Of a stretch of DNA of 42,792 bases, positions 15,581 through 25,041 are shown in pieces. The stretch's first letter is position 1, and each line of letters opens with the position of its first letter. The notes below the pieces were generated by a model. That model saw only the letters and a list, made by a program, of their open reading frames with translations. It was not told the origin of the DNA and made no database searches. Origin of the DNA: a virus; IMG/VR virus record IMGVR_UViG_3300045988_177530, positions 1 to 42,792 of that record; one strand, 5' to 3'. The position numbers and the translations under genes are program-made.

Positions 15581-16624
15581 TCAATTTCGCAGGCTTCGCC
15601 GCGACTTGTTCACGTTGACGATACTTTTCGTAGTGTCTGTGCGCACACCGTCTACTTCGAGCCACAACGCGCCCGGCATCACCGGCTCCCCGCGCCCTTT
15701 CTTGAGAGCCCACGGCGTACCCGGGTCGCTCGGGAAAGGCAGATGCTTGTAGCACCATATTGCGCAATCCTGCGTAGAATCGAAACAAAAGTCCTCTTTC
15801 GGCACGTATCTTCTCATGTCGTAAATGCGTCGCATGAGTTTCGGGATAAGCCATTCTGGTACTTCTCTGTACATGCGGATTGACGGGCTAGTGCACGGGC
15901 AGACCACAGTCCTACCGCCACTGAAATGTGAAACGCGAAGCCACTTGTTTTCCCCGCAATTCACACAACGCATGTGGAAATGCTTATGACCATCTCTCAT
16001 AATCTTCCATTCGGGGGACACTACTTCCCATTGCTGGAAGCGTCGCCCCACCATTTCCGGCTGCACGCCAGTCATCGTCTTATAGGTTTTGGCAGGGTGA
16101 AGAATAAGACGATCGTGAGCTTCCTTCTCGTTCTCGGCGCACACTACTGAAATCTCGCCGGGGCGGAATACTCCGTTCTCTGTGGCGAATTCCCAATCGA
16201 ACACGACTGAAGGTTTGAATTCTTTGTAACACCATTCGATAGCCGACATCATGCCGTCGAACTCGAAATTATCTATACCGTTTCGTTCCCGCCATTTCCA
16301 AATCTTAAGACGAATGTCATTGTAGGAGCGATACGGCATAAGCGTGTCATTCACCTCACAGTATTGATGTGAGTACGGCGCGTCTGGGGGACGATTCAGT
16401 ACTATGTCGAGATTGCATGGGGCGATCGGTTTAGTAATGTCGGGGCGCGTGAAACGCCACTTATTGTCCTCGGGGACTTCCAAATACTTGAAACACCATT
16501 CGATAGCGGCGTCAATCGAGGGAAAAAGGAAATTCTCGCTACTAGTGCGGTAGCTGAGCTGGGTGAGTCTGTTAGCGACTATCCTGTACTGCTCATATGA
16601 TGGTTGCGTCATTTGTGCTTTCAT
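15581..16624 (-). CDS. Hypothetical protein with three internal repeats and a Cys-rich putative zinc ribbon
   Basis: Repeats ENFLFPSIDAAIEWCFKYL, DNFEFDGMMSAIEWCYKEF and EDFCFDSTQDCAIWCYKHL. CVNCGENKWLRVSHFSGGRTVVCPC. Spacing to GGAAGAGAG suggests the ATG at 16612 may be the real start. Confidence 0.6.
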   Translation of the reverse strand: MKAQMTQPSYEQYRIVANRLTQLSYRTSSENFLFPSIDAAIEWCFKYLEVPEDNKWRFTRPDITKPIAPCNLDIVLNRPPDAPYSHQYCEVNDTLMPYRSYNDIRLKIWKWRERNGIDNFEFDGMMSAIEWCYKEFKPSVVFDWEFATENGVFRPGEISVVCAENEKEAHDRLILHPAKTYKTMTGVQPEMVGRRFQQWEVVSPEWKIMRDGHKHFHMRCVNCGENKWLRVSHFSGGRTVVCPCTSPSIRMYREVPEWLIPKLMRRIYDMRRYVPKEDFCFDSTQDCAIWCYKHLPFPSDPGTPWALKKGRGEPVMPGALWLEVDGVRTDTTKSIVNVNKSRRSLRN

Positions 16625-16640
16625 CTCTCTTCCTTATTGG

Positions 16641-16684
16641 GTTGAATAGCGGGGGCAACAATCATGTTGCCCCCGCTATTCAAC
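16641..16684. terminator. Very strong hairpin between two minus-strand genes
   Basis: 20-bp perfect stem gttgaatagcgggggcaaca / tgttgcccccgctattcaac with a 4-nt loop. Confidence 0.55.
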
Positions 16685-16701
16685 CTATGCGACCATGTGT
16701 G

Positions 16702-17292
16702 TCAGAAAACTACCGACCACGAGGTATCGGTATTCTTTTTGGCCTCGAAATCAATGGAAGAAATCTCCGCCCTAGGAGGCCAGAACGCGGGCTTCGGAGC
16801 GCCATCCTCACCGAGAACTGTGACACCGTTCTCGTCCTGCTCGTATGCGGGGCGACCATAATCGTCAAGACGAGGCCTGGGCTTGCTCATTCGCGTCACC
16901 AATGTTGCGTGAGCGCCCTCCAGATTCTCGCACACTTTCTTCACGGTCGTATCGATCTTCTGCGGTGAGAGAAGATCGGCCCTCTCCTTGGCGTCGGCCG
17001 GCCAAAGACCAGCGGCGCTGAAATACTTCGGAATATTGAAGTGAATGAAAGTCTTTCCATTCTTGTTGATAGTGAAAACTGTGCGGTCAGTGAGCGCCTT
17101 TCCGGCATCCTCATCATCGCCGTCAATCATCCAATCGGTGACAAGCATCGGCCTGCCACTCTTGGAAGTGGTCATTTCAGCCTTAGTGATGAATGCTGAG
17201 TGCTTTCCGGGCTTGGGCGGCTCGAAGTTACCTCCGCCGGTGGCGACTTCCAGTGATGAGAGGTCGGTTCCAAAGTTGAAGCCAGTTGCCAT
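16702..17292 (-). CDS. DUF669-like protein; putative ssDNA-binding partner of the Sak4-type ATPase
   Basis: 196 aa. The N-terminal NFEPPKPGKHSAFITKAEMTTSKSGRPMLVTDW resembles the DUF669 signature. AGGAG lies 10 nt upstream. Adjacent to the AAA ATPase gene. Confidence 0.5.
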   Translation of the reverse strand: MATGFNFGTDLSSLEVATGGGNFEPPKPGKHSAFITKAEMTTSKSGRPMLVTDWMIDGDDEDAGKALTDRTVFTINKNGKTFIHFNIPKYFSAAGLWPADAKERADLLSPQKIDTTVKKVCENLEGAHATLVTRMSKPRPRLDDYGRPAYEQDENGVTVLGEDGAPKPAFWPPRAEISSIDFEAKKNTDTSWSVVF

Positions 17293-17337
17293 AATTATTG
17301 TGCTCCTATAAGTCGGTGGTAAAGAATCGCGGTTGGA

Positions 17338-17451
17338 TCAGTTCTCGCTGTCGGTGGGCTTGCTACGGAGTGCTTCCCTGATCGCGTCGGCGGCGATAGT
17401 GAGAGTCTCAGCGGAGACACCACGGTCAGCGGTAACGGTGATCTTAGCCAT
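17338..17451 (-). CDS. Small hypothetical protein (37 aa), below the ORF-track cutoff
   Basis: Translates as MAKITVTADRGVSAETLTIAADAIREALRSKPTDSEN. Preceded by GGGAAGAGAGAAACATATT, the same Shine-Dalgarno-type motif as neighbouring genes. Confidence 0.45.
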   Translation of the reverse strand: MAKITVTADRGVSAETLTIAADAIREALRSKPTDSEN

Positions 17452-17479
17452 AATATGTTTCTCTCTTCCCATGTTTTGG

Positions 17480-18232
17480 TTAGTGGCTAGTGATGTAATT
17501 GTGAATCTTGGTCATGCTCGGATTCCCCATTGCCGGGGGGAACCCGCGTGACTGTTGCTTCGTCACAACGTTCGGCTTGCGAGTGTACAGTACTGGCACG
17601 GTGATTTCTTCCCCGTCCCCATTGTCCACGTTCGCCCATTCCATGTAGCCGACGAAATTGAACAGGGCGGGGATGCGCTGCCCAGACTTCTGTCCCTCAA
17701 AAGACGGAGCAATGAAAACCTCCCCAGTAACCTCACTGCTCTCACGTGCGGAATGCGTGATAGCAATGAATGAAATGTCGGGGGCGTTCAAGAATACGCT
17801 GATCGCCTTCAACAAGGAATCGTATACCGCCCGCCATTTCGTCCAAGTGTCATTCGACACGGCCTCGTAGTGGGTCAGAATGAGTTCCTGGCACTTATCC
17901 AACGTGTCGAACACTACTGTCTTGTAGGGGAATTCTGCACGATTGCGTGCGATATTGTCGCAAAGATTGGCGCAATCAAGCCACTTATCGCAATGCACGA
18001 CAGTAAGGTTTGCAGGGTTCCCCCAATCCCGTACCGGGAGCGTGCCGGATTCGAAATCAACATACAAAACGGGCGACATGTCGTCCACCTGTGACGCCGT
18101 GGCTGCGAGCGAAGTTTTGCCGACGCCACTCACGCCATGAATAAGCATATTGAAATAATTATTCTGTTCCGGGTTCACGACCGTCATTCCGAGACGGGCG
18201 AGAGTGTCTTCGAAAGTCATGTTATGTTTCAC
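17480..18232 (-). CDS. RecA-fold AAA ATPase (Sak4 / AAA_24-like recombination ATPase)
   Basis: 250 aa. Walker A MLIHGVSGVGKTS and Walker B-like TVVFDTLD. Confidence 0.7.
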   Translation of the reverse strand: MKHNMTFEDTLARLGMTVVNPEQNNYFNMLIHGVSGVGKTSLAATASQVDDMSPVLYVDFESGTLPVRDWGNPANLTVVHCDKWLDCANLCDNIARNRAEFPYKTVVFDTLDKCQELILTHYEAVSNDTWTKWRAVYDSLLKAISVFLNAPDISFIAITHSARESSEVTGEVFIAPSFEGQKSGQRIPALFNFVGYMEWANVDNGDGEEITVPVLYTRKPNVVTKQQSRGFPPAMGNPSMTKIHNYITSH

Positions 18233-18235
18233 CTC

Positions 18236-18985
18236 CTAACCGTTCATATTGTAATTTTTGAATGCCTGCGTGTGGCGCTCATGTGAACAGTACCAACATA
18301 GGGGGGACGATTGGAGGCTGTCAACCCCACCGTCATGTGACCTTGCTCTCTTCCAAATGTTTTGGAGTCTCTCCAGAGCCGCGAGCGCAACGTCCTGTCG
18401 CCACGGGAAAGAGAACTCACAAATACTGTTCGGCACTACCTCTACGCTGCAGTCCCTTGGGAGAGCAACAATAGAACAATGTGCTACCTCGTGTCCGATC
18501 TGCGCGAGACCGTACCCGTAGAGCATGATTTGAATATAGTATTTACGAAATTGGCTTCCTGCCGCCGTGTCGGCGAATCGCGGTAGACCATTGTCCCATT
18601 TAATGCCCTTCCGGAATGCGGAAATCTTTTTCCGTGAGAGCAGCTTCCAGTCTAGGACCGTCGCCGCCGCAATATCGAAGCGATCCACACTCCCAGAAAT
18701 ACGCCCATAGTCTTCAAGATCGCATACCCCTACTCTCTGTTCCACTAGAACATTCGGCTCGTTTTTTGTGCGCGATTCCGCGAAAGCATGAAATGCGGTG
18801 CCCAGGAAAGGCGCCAAAAAGGCGCCCGCATCCTTCGTGTCGTGCGGGATCCCGAGGAGTTTGTCGGCAATACAGCGCTCGCAATCGTCCCCGATTTCGC
18901 TCACGCCGATGCGCGTTTGTTTGTCACGCTCGGTCGGGGCGAAAACATTACTGACCGCTGTTGCGGCGGCCGGGCTCAAATTCAA
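18236..18985 (-). CDS. PD-(D/E)XK nuclease, Cas4/RecB-like, with four conserved Cys
   Basis: SEIGDDCERCIADK, GTAFHAF, VDRFD, LDWK, QIMLYGY and CWYCSH. Start uncertain. The full ORF reaches 19123 but overlaps the well-supported upstream gene, so a TTG at 18985 or 18979 is proposed. Confidence 0.65.
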   Translation of the reverse strand: MNLSPAAATAVSNVFAPTERDKQTRIGVSEIGDDCERCIADKLLGIPHDTKDAGAFLAPFLGTAFHAFAESRTKNEPNVLVEQRVGVCDLEDYGRISGSVDRFDIAAATVLDWKLLSRKKISAFRKGIKWDNGLPRFADTAAGSQFRKYYIQIMLYGYGLAQIGHEVAHCSIVALPRDCSVEVVPNSICEFSFPWRQDVALAALERLQNIWKRARSHDGGVDSLQSSPLCWYCSHERHTQAFKNYNMNG

Positions 18986-19214
18986 ATTTCTCCCCTTCCT
19001 GAATTGCGGCGATAGCGGCGAGCCTGACGTCACGCTGGACTTCAATGTCCCCGCTCGCAATATCTTCAATGAAGAATAGTCTTGCGTCGCCGGCCGGCAT
19101 GATTTCATAGACCGTACCGTCAATCTCTTCTGCTCGCATTGCGGCTTGCTCGAGATTCGAGTAGACCCGGTAGTCGCCTTTCTGCTGCGATTCCCATACT
19201 AGGTAGACGCCCAT
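18948..19214 (-). CDS. Hypothetical protein
   Basis: 88 aa, preceded by ATTTAGGGAAGAGAGAGC. Confidence 0.6.
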   Translation of the reverse strand: MGVYLVWESQQKGDYRVYSNLEQAAMRAEEIDGTVYEIMPAGDARLFFIEDIASGDIEVQRDVRLAAIAAIQEGEKFEFEPGRRNSGQ

Positions 19215-19260
19215 TAGTGTTTTTGCTCTCTCTTCCCTAAATGTTGATTAATGGTGTGTG

Positions 19261-19479
19261 TTATTCGACGACGGTTGCTGTGAGGCCGGCCCGCTCCTCA
19301 ATCGCCGTGGAAATGACGGCTGCATAGCATTGGATCCGCCAGATGTTTTCTGATCGAATGTTGGGCACGTGCAGTTGCATTGTCTTGACGCCGAACTGTG
19401 TTGGCCATTTCAAGATAATGGTGCGGCCGGCGATCTCGTCAATCGTGGTGCTCTGTGTGATGCGCATAATATCTTTCAC
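19261..19479 (-). CDS. Hypothetical protein
   Basis: 72-aa ORF. Its start overlaps the upstream stop by 4 nt. Confidence 0.5.
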   Translation of the reverse strand: MKDIMRITQSTTIDEIAGRTIILKWPTQFGVKTMQLHVPNIRSENIWRIQCYAAVISTAIEERAGLTATVVE

Positions 19480-19769
19480 CCCTCCGTCGTGATGAGTTCG
19501 TAAATGTCGAGACTGTTATTGGTGGCCATGCCGCGCATGATGTTAATGTTGTCCGCCGTGACATGGATGACATTAATGTCTGAGTGCCCATCGCTCACTG
19601 GGGAAACGATCAGGAAATTCCTGCCGACCAGCTCCACATCGTCGGATACAAGAATGTTTCTGATAGTGCCTGTCATGCGGCGTCGCACTAGGTGAATGTT
19701 CGAGCCGCGCTGTATTTCTGCCTTCATGGCATCTACTGTATTCGTGTGGTGGTGGTGTACGCAACCCAC
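19476..19769 (-). CDS. Hypothetical protein; start uncertain
   Basis: 97-aa ORF. The first codon is GTG, with an alternative ATG at MKAEIQ. Confidence 0.45.
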   Translation of the reverse strand: MGCVHHHHTNTVDAMKAEIQRGSNIHLVRRRMTGTIRNILVSDDVELVGRNFLIVSPVSDGHSDINVIHVTADNINIMRGMATNNSLDIYELITTEG

Positions 19770-19792
19770 GTGAGCGTGGCGTCTATCACAGC

Positions 19793-21187
19793 TTATATGA
19801 GGCCGCTCTCACGCAGACGCTCATACCCCGCCGCCAACCTCGGCTCCACGGCCGTCACGTCAACAGTATTCTCACACTGCAAAAGAAAGCGATTCACCCG
19901 CTTTGTTTGCCCCTTACGATTCAAACGAGCAGACGCCTGCAAATTCAAAATCACACTATTATCCTCACTCAACCAAACCTCAGTATTGCAAACATTCTGC
20001 AGACCGTCAATCCCTTCGGCGGCGGCCGCAATAACGGCGCAAAGAATCCTCGGCCCATCGGGCTTCAAAAACTGTCGCCACTCATCCCGATAATCGCTGG
20101 ACAATTCAACGCTCTGATAGCCAGCATCGGCCAGCCGCTTCCGCAACGGCGCCATGAATTTACGTGAGTGGCACCAAAAGATAACTCTCTCGTCTGACGG
20201 CAAATCAGACAGAATATCGAGGGCGGAGTCAATCTTCGATGACCCACGCTCTTCGAACTCGACACTATCGCCCACGATTTTCAACGGCCCGAGAGTAATC
20301 TGCCTGAGCCTCCCGTCGAGAACGGCGGCGGACGAAGCTACACTAGCCCCACCACCCATAATCGCCAAACGATGATCCACGAATTCCCGATACATTCTCT
20401 TCTGTTCACGCCGCATCCCACAGGCAATACGCTGAACATTTACGGGAGGTAGATCGCCGAAAACTTCACTCCCCCGCATCGCGGACCAATTGTCGCCCAC
20501 GGAATCGCGGAGAGCTCCAGGATCCTTCTCTCCACCGTAAATCCTGGCATACGGGTGCGCCGCAAAAGGATTGAACTGAGAAACGAAAAACTCGTCAGCA
20601 AACCGGTAGAAACTACAGTCGACACTGTCCGGGTTCAGGAATTTGAGTACCCCGTAAATGTTGACGGGCTTATTGCCGGCAGGCGTGCCCGACAGGCCGA
20701 GACGATATTTTGATTTCAACGCCTTCACGGCCCTGAAAGACTGAGTACGGTGATTCGCGATACGGTGCACCTCATCCACGACCACCATATCGAACGATTT
20801 CCTTGAGAAAGAAATGGTCGGCCACTTCCCCGCGTCTACCGCCTTTCCTAGGGAAACCAATAGCTCGAAATTAATGACACACCAACCGTCTTCACCGTCC
20901 AGCATGCTCTCAATGTTGGTGCGCCCCGCTTTAGTGGTGCGAGACAGTACCTTCGCTTCCCGGCCGGTGATGGTCTTGATGCTGGCCTGCCATGACGGGA
21001 TGACGCGCTTCGGACACACAATGATGACCCGTCTGGCCGCGTCGAGTTTTTGCGTGACCCAGATTGCGCCGTATGTTTTGCCGCAGCCGGGTTCCCACGC
21101 AAGTAAAGCACCGCCGCCGCCTCGAATCGCGGCGGCGGCGCGGTTGATTTCTCTTTCCTGCGCCCCAGTGGGGCGAATATTAATCAT
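19793..21187 (-). CDS. SNF2/DEAD-like superfamily 2 helicase
   Basis: Motif I WEPGCGKT, motif II VVVDEVHRI, motif III LSGTPAGN, motif VI QASARLNRKGQTKRV. ATG at 21187. Confidence 0.8.
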   Translation of the reverse strand: MINIRPTGAQEREINRAAAAIRGGGGALLAWEPGCGKTYGAIWVTQKLDAARRVIIVCPKRVIPSWQASIKTITGREAKVLSRTTKAGRTNIESMLDGEDGWCVINFELLVSLGKAVDAGKWPTISFSRKSFDMVVVDEVHRIANHRTQSFRAVKALKSKYRLGLSGTPAGNKPVNIYGVLKFLNPDSVDCSFYRFADEFFVSQFNPFAAHPYARIYGGEKDPGALRDSVGDNWSAMRGSEVFGDLPPVNVQRIACGMRREQKRMYREFVDHRLAIMGGGASVASSAAVLDGRLRQITLGPLKIVGDSVEFEERGSSKIDSALDILSDLPSDERVIFWCHSRKFMAPLRKRLADAGYQSVELSSDYRDEWRQFLKPDGPRILCAVIAAAAEGIDGLQNVCNTEVWLSEDNSVILNLQASARLNRKGQTKRVNRFLLQCENTVDVTAVEPRLAAGYERLRESGLI

Positions 21188-21271
21188 TGAAATTCGTCCA
21201 AACAATCACTAGAAGACAAATGGTGAGCGTGAACGCTAGTAGTGCCACTTGTTTTTCCTCTTTTCCGTACA

Positions 21272-21309
21272 ACGACCCCCGTCCCATTGCTCGGTGGGAC
21301 GGGGGTCGT
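21272..21309. terminator. Hairpin downstream of the 79-aa acidic gene
   Basis: 15-bp perfect stem acgacccccgtccca / tgggacgggggtcgt with an 8-nt loop. Confidence 0.5.
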
Positions 21310-21318
21310 TCTATCGCG

Positions 21319-21558
21319 TCAGTGGGCAATGGTGTGACGCTGCACGGCACTCCAGTAAGCGTCCTCGTCAACGTCCACCACATAGTAGGGGGTTCCCGTG
21401 GGGGAGAAATACTGTCCGATCACGTCGTCGGCGATCGCGGCGACATCATAGTCGTCCACCTGGTCAAGCGTGGGGATGATGTCGAACATGATGACGTCGT
21501 CCCGAGTGCTGCGGCGAGCGATGGTGTCCATAGTTTCCTCTTCTCTCTGTACTGTCAC
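21319..21558 (-). CDS. Small acidic hypothetical protein
   Basis: 79 aa rich in D/E. Preceded by CAGAGAGAAGAGGAAACT. Confidence 0.55.
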   Translation of the reverse strand: MTVQREEETMDTIARRSTRDDVIMFDIIPTLDQVDDYDVAAIADDVIGQYFSPTGTPYYVVDVDEDAYWSAVQRHTIAH

Positions 21559-21630
21559 CGTTCCTCGGTGACGGCTCTAGTATAGGCAGACCGTGCACAG
21601 CCTCGTCAACCCCGTGGGGCATGACCTGGC

Positions 21631-22530
21631 TCACATCTCCAGTTGGAGGAGAGACAACGCCTCACCCACGGCCGCACTCACATCACCGCCACACTCCAGC
21701 AACCTCATGCAATCGAAAGCTGTGTGCGCCCTGCCGTCCGCGAGCGGATCATCCACATGATGCGAGAAGACCAGACCACTGTCTAGCATCGTCACACCCG
21801 GGGCCGTGTTGCCGCCACGCACATACCGCCACCGCCGCCCCACCGACTCGTAAGGCCAGCCAAACAAACCGACAAGATCATTAAAACTATACTTTGAATT
21901 GAACTCCCCAATCACACCACCATAGCCGCCATCGGGCACAGAAACCGAAGAAACATCATCATTCCTCTCCTCATATCCTATGTTTCCCAACCATTTATCA
22001 ACATTCAAACGGGCGCCGTCAATAAGCCAATGACGCACCCTCAAACCAAGACGATGCGACGGCAGGAAAAAAGCTCGGGACGCCTCAGCGCACGACCCGT
22101 CCCACTGGGCCACCGGCCCCAACACACTAAAACACGTCCTGCCGATCGCCTCGCATTCCCTCACGGTCATGCTGCGAGTGCACGGCAGAACAACACGAAA
22201 TCGCGGGGACGGGAAAGACGACGACGCCGTCTCCCACACAATGCCGGCAAGATTCGCCGCCCGCATACGGTCCCCGACAAAATCTTTCCTCGACCCATGA
22301 TCCGCATCCAAAACAATCGCCGACCGGGACACGAAATTCCTTTTCTGCCGCCTCCCCCCTGAAAGAATGCCAGCAAAAAAAGCGGGAGCATCATATTTCT
22401 CGCATTTCGAGGGCGCCTCACACAAGGCAGCGAAATCGCTCAGGTTTACGCTAGTAGCACGCCACCCTGTGATAGAGCGAACATTGCCCGCTACCATCAC
22501 AGGGAAACGCGCCCCGAAAACATCACTCAC
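21631..22530 (-). CDS. Putative primase/polymerase-like (AEP-type) protein
   Basis: 299 aa. AIVLDADHG is a DxD-like motif, and RFRVVLP with FFLPSH resembles Prim-Pol / VirE-N-type proteins. Overlaps the DUF3987-like gene by 8 nt. Assignment made by eye only. Confidence 0.4.
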   Translation of the reverse strand: MSDVFGARFPVMVAGNVRSITGWRATSVNLSDFAALCEAPSKCEKYDAPAFFAGILSGGRRQKRNFVSRSAIVLDADHGSRKDFVGDRMRAANLAGIVWETASSSFPSPRFRVVLPCTRSMTVRECEAIGRTCFSVLGPVAQWDGSCAEASRAFFLPSHRLGLRVRHWLIDGARLNVDKWLGNIGYEERNDDVSSVSVPDGGYGGVIGEFNSKYSFNDLVGLFGWPYESVGRRWRYVRGGNTAPGVTMLDSGLVFSHHVDDPLADGRAHTAFDCMRLLECGGDVSAAVGEALSLLQLEM

Positions 22531-24094
22531 TGTACGATGGTTCCGCTATCTGATCCCGCAGAATCGCCTCCACGAGATCATTATCCACAATAGTCCCTTC
22601 CGTCCGGAACTTCACGCCCCGACGAAGAATATACTGCCGATACTCCTCGACACTCCGCGGAGACAAATTCTTCGCCTCCAAAACCTGATACAAACGCGTC
22701 TCAGTCGGCGGATTACTACTGAAATCATCCACCATACGCGTCAAATCCGGAACAAAAACATAGTCGATCATTTTCAACGCGTCAGGCAACCAGAAATCGG
22801 CGGCAAGGCTGAAAGCTTTCCTCACCGCAGACGATGACACGCTCATCTGCTGCTCGAAAAGAGACAGAATAGCGGCCACGCGCATAATATGATTCCCCAT
22901 GCGGTCAACGACCGCCTGCACCGCGCGCTGGAAAGGCGACTCGCGGGCCGCCTCCCAGCACCAAGCCCGCATCGTTTCTACCCAAACATTCCGCGCAGAC
23001 TCGGTCACGGTCATAGTCATTGGCGTGTTGACAGGCCAAAACTCGGTGGCACAAGTGACAGTGCCACGGAATTCGTGCTGCATCATGCCCAGCATTGTTG
23101 AAATGCGCTCGGAAGCACGCTCAACAAAACCATCGCCACCATGCGCGTTCCGGTCATTGTCGGTGACCCATCCGAAAGACGACGGATCAGACCGACGATT
23201 CTCCTCATCCAACGCGAAAAGAATACGCGGCCCCCAGCCCGTCTCAAACAAAGACTGTGGCATATTGTCGACTACGTCGCCGAGAATCCCGGTACCGCAG
23301 AAAGCAAGAGAATGAGGAACCCGCTCACTGTCCGCCCGCCTGACACCATCGTCACCGACACGCACAGACTCGACCGTTTTCCCCGAGTAGACGTCGGTCA
23401 GGAACCCGATGAGCCCGCTACGATAACCCTCCCCCTGTGACGCGGAGTACATGTTCTGCAGTTCGTCTACGAACATGATAGACGCCCCACCAGGACGCTG
23501 CGCCATCCGAAGATTCAAACCCTCAGCCGTAACATTCGACCCGAACAAAACATTCGCCATAAGAGACCGCTCGCACGGGCTATTCCCGATAGTATTCAGC
23601 AAATCCTTACGATCAGCCTCGAACTCGGTGATGCGATTATTGATGCCGTCCCGCTCAGTCCGGTACTCGTCAATATCAATACGCCCGCTTCTCTTTTCCA
23701 GGGATTCCAGGCGACGGTACAGCATGCGGAGTGCCGAATCAACCTCCTGCACCGCTGCCAAAGGCGCCAACGAATCCCACCTGAACGCGCCCACGCAATC
23801 ATCGAAAAAACTACGCACCAAAGACTGCGCCGTCGTTTTCCTCGACAGGGTAGACGCCCCCAGGCAGTGCGAGTACAAAGTCAACGGCACCATACTCTGC
23901 GCGCTCGCCGACAAATGAGTCCTCGCAGACAACGGCGCAGACACCATCGTCAAGAAAGTCGTCCACAAGAAACGGGACGGCGTCTCCGGAGACTTAGACT
24001 GCAAATAGTCAACAATCCTGTCGGCGAACCAATCATAATGCACACCCACATCCGGAGACGCGAACTCGTAATCCGCAATCCTCTCAATACTCAA
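22523..24094 (-). CDS. DUF3987-like putative replicative helicase
   Basis: 523 aa. Degenerate P-loop-like GASTLSRKT and Walker-B-like IMFVDELQ. Typical partner of Prim-Pol domains in actinophages. Confidence 0.4.
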   Translation of the reverse strand: MSIERIADYEFASPDVGVHYDWFADRIVDYLQSKSPETPSRFLWTTFLTMVSAPLSARTHLSASAQSMVPLTLYSHCLGASTLSRKTTAQSLVRSFFDDCVGAFRWDSLAPLAAVQEVDSALRMLYRRLESLEKRSGRIDIDEYRTERDGINNRITEFEADRKDLLNTIGNSPCERSLMANVLFGSNVTAEGLNLRMAQRPGGASIMFVDELQNMYSASQGEGYRSGLIGFLTDVYSGKTVESVRVGDDGVRRADSERVPHSLAFCGTGILGDVVDNMPQSLFETGWGPRILFALDEENRRSDPSSFGWVTDNDRNAHGGDGFVERASERISTMLGMMQHEFRGTVTCATEFWPVNTPMTMTVTESARNVWVETMRAWCWEAARESPFQRAVQAVVDRMGNHIMRVAAILSLFEQQMSVSSSAVRKAFSLAADFWLPDALKMIDYVFVPDLTRMVDDFSSNPPTETRLYQVLEAKNLSPRSVEEYRQYILRRGVKFRTEGTIVDNDLVEAILRDQIAEPSYSE

Positions 24095-24405
24095 TTGTCC
24101 TCCTCCTCCACATGGACAAGAAAACTATTGAACGCGTCAAGAATCTCGTCGCCGTCGAAAGTGTAGCCGACGTCGAACATAGGGCCCCAATAACGGTCCG
24201 TCTGCTTAAAAATCGTCGCCTTGTAACCGCGAACAGTATCCGCCTCGAAAATAAACCGGTGCCCGGGCGATGCGACGACAATGTGAATGCTGTTGTTCCA
24301 GGCGCTCACTTCCAGGCCGAGCGAATCATTCCCACCACTACTGGCGTAATTCTTGCACGCCTCGGTGACGTGCTTCAGGAATTCCCAATCGAACAGCTTG
24401 ATCAT
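24091..24405 (-). CDS. Hypothetical protein
   Basis: The ATG at 24405 overlaps the upstream stop (ATGA). 104 aa. Confidence 0.5.
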   Translation of the reverse strand: MIKLFDWEFLKHVTEACKNYASSGGNDSLGLEVSAWNNSIHIVVASPGHRFIFEADTVRGYKATIFKQTDRYWGPMFDVGYTFDGDEILDAFNSFLVHVEEEDN

Positions 24406-24719
24406 TTGTCCTCCCACAGTTTTGTCTTGATTTCGGCGAGCAGCTCCTGAAGCTCCCATACTTCTCTTCCTTTTACTGTTGTTATTGTTTCGTCCGTGTC
24501 GCGATCTCGAATGGTCACCGAATACTCGCCACCCACAATGTTGAGAATGCATCCGCATTGTTTCCCGGTGACGTCCAAATAGAGGACAGGCAGATCACCG
24601 CCCACCCTGGCGTCCTCGCCAGTATCTAATAGGATTGACTCGCAACGTGAGTCGTTGAGCATCTCCACGATGAACTCAGTCACGATGGGGCGCAGCTCAT
24701 CGTCATTCATGATTCTCAC
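24402..24719 (-). CDS. Hypothetical protein
   Basis: 105-aa ORF in a tightly packed operon. Confidence 0.5.
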   Translation of the reverse strand: MRIMNDDELRPIVTEFIVEMLNDSRCESILLDTGEDARVGGDLPVLYLDVTGKQCGCILNIVGGEYSVTIRDRDTDETITTVKGREVWELQELLAEIKTKLWEDK

Positions 24720-25041
24720 CCTCCACCATGCCGGCCAGCTCTGCGAAGCGATTCACAGCACTGACGACGATGCCCCGGTCGGCGTCACGCTCGTCCAAAA
24801 GAACATGATTCGACAGCTGAATAACACGAACCCGCCACACATCGTCTTTCGTAACAACAATCCTGAAGACAGTCCTATCGACGGGATTCCTGGCCGTCGC
24901 CTTGAACATAACCCCGGAAATACGGCCGCCCTCATTCCACCCTTGCAAAGCAGTGATCGAACATTGAGGCCACTGGACGAAATCGCCAACACAGCTGGCA
25001 AGGAAAGCGAACACCGCCTTGTCGACAGTAGAGTCACTCAC
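24703..25041 (-). CDS. Hypothetical protein
   Basis: 112-aa ORF. Its start overlaps the upstream stop by 4 nt. Confidence 0.5.
   Translation of the reverse strand: MSDSTVDKAVFAFLASCVGDFVQWPQCSITALQGWNEGGRISGVMFKATARNPVDRTVFRIVVTKDDVWRVRVIQLSNHVLLDERDADRGIVVSAVNRFAELAGMVEGENHE

Noticed and set aside
16448-18232. Half-parS matches (CGTGAAAC at 16448..16455 and TGTTTCAC at 18225..18232)
   Set aside because: They are only 8-nt half sites without the partner half, as expected by chance, and they lie inside coding sequence.
22581-22589. A solitary perfect DnaA box TTATCCACA inside the DUF3987-like gene
   Set aside because: A single occurrence of a 9-mer is within chance expectation for a genome of this size, and no neighbouring boxes are present.
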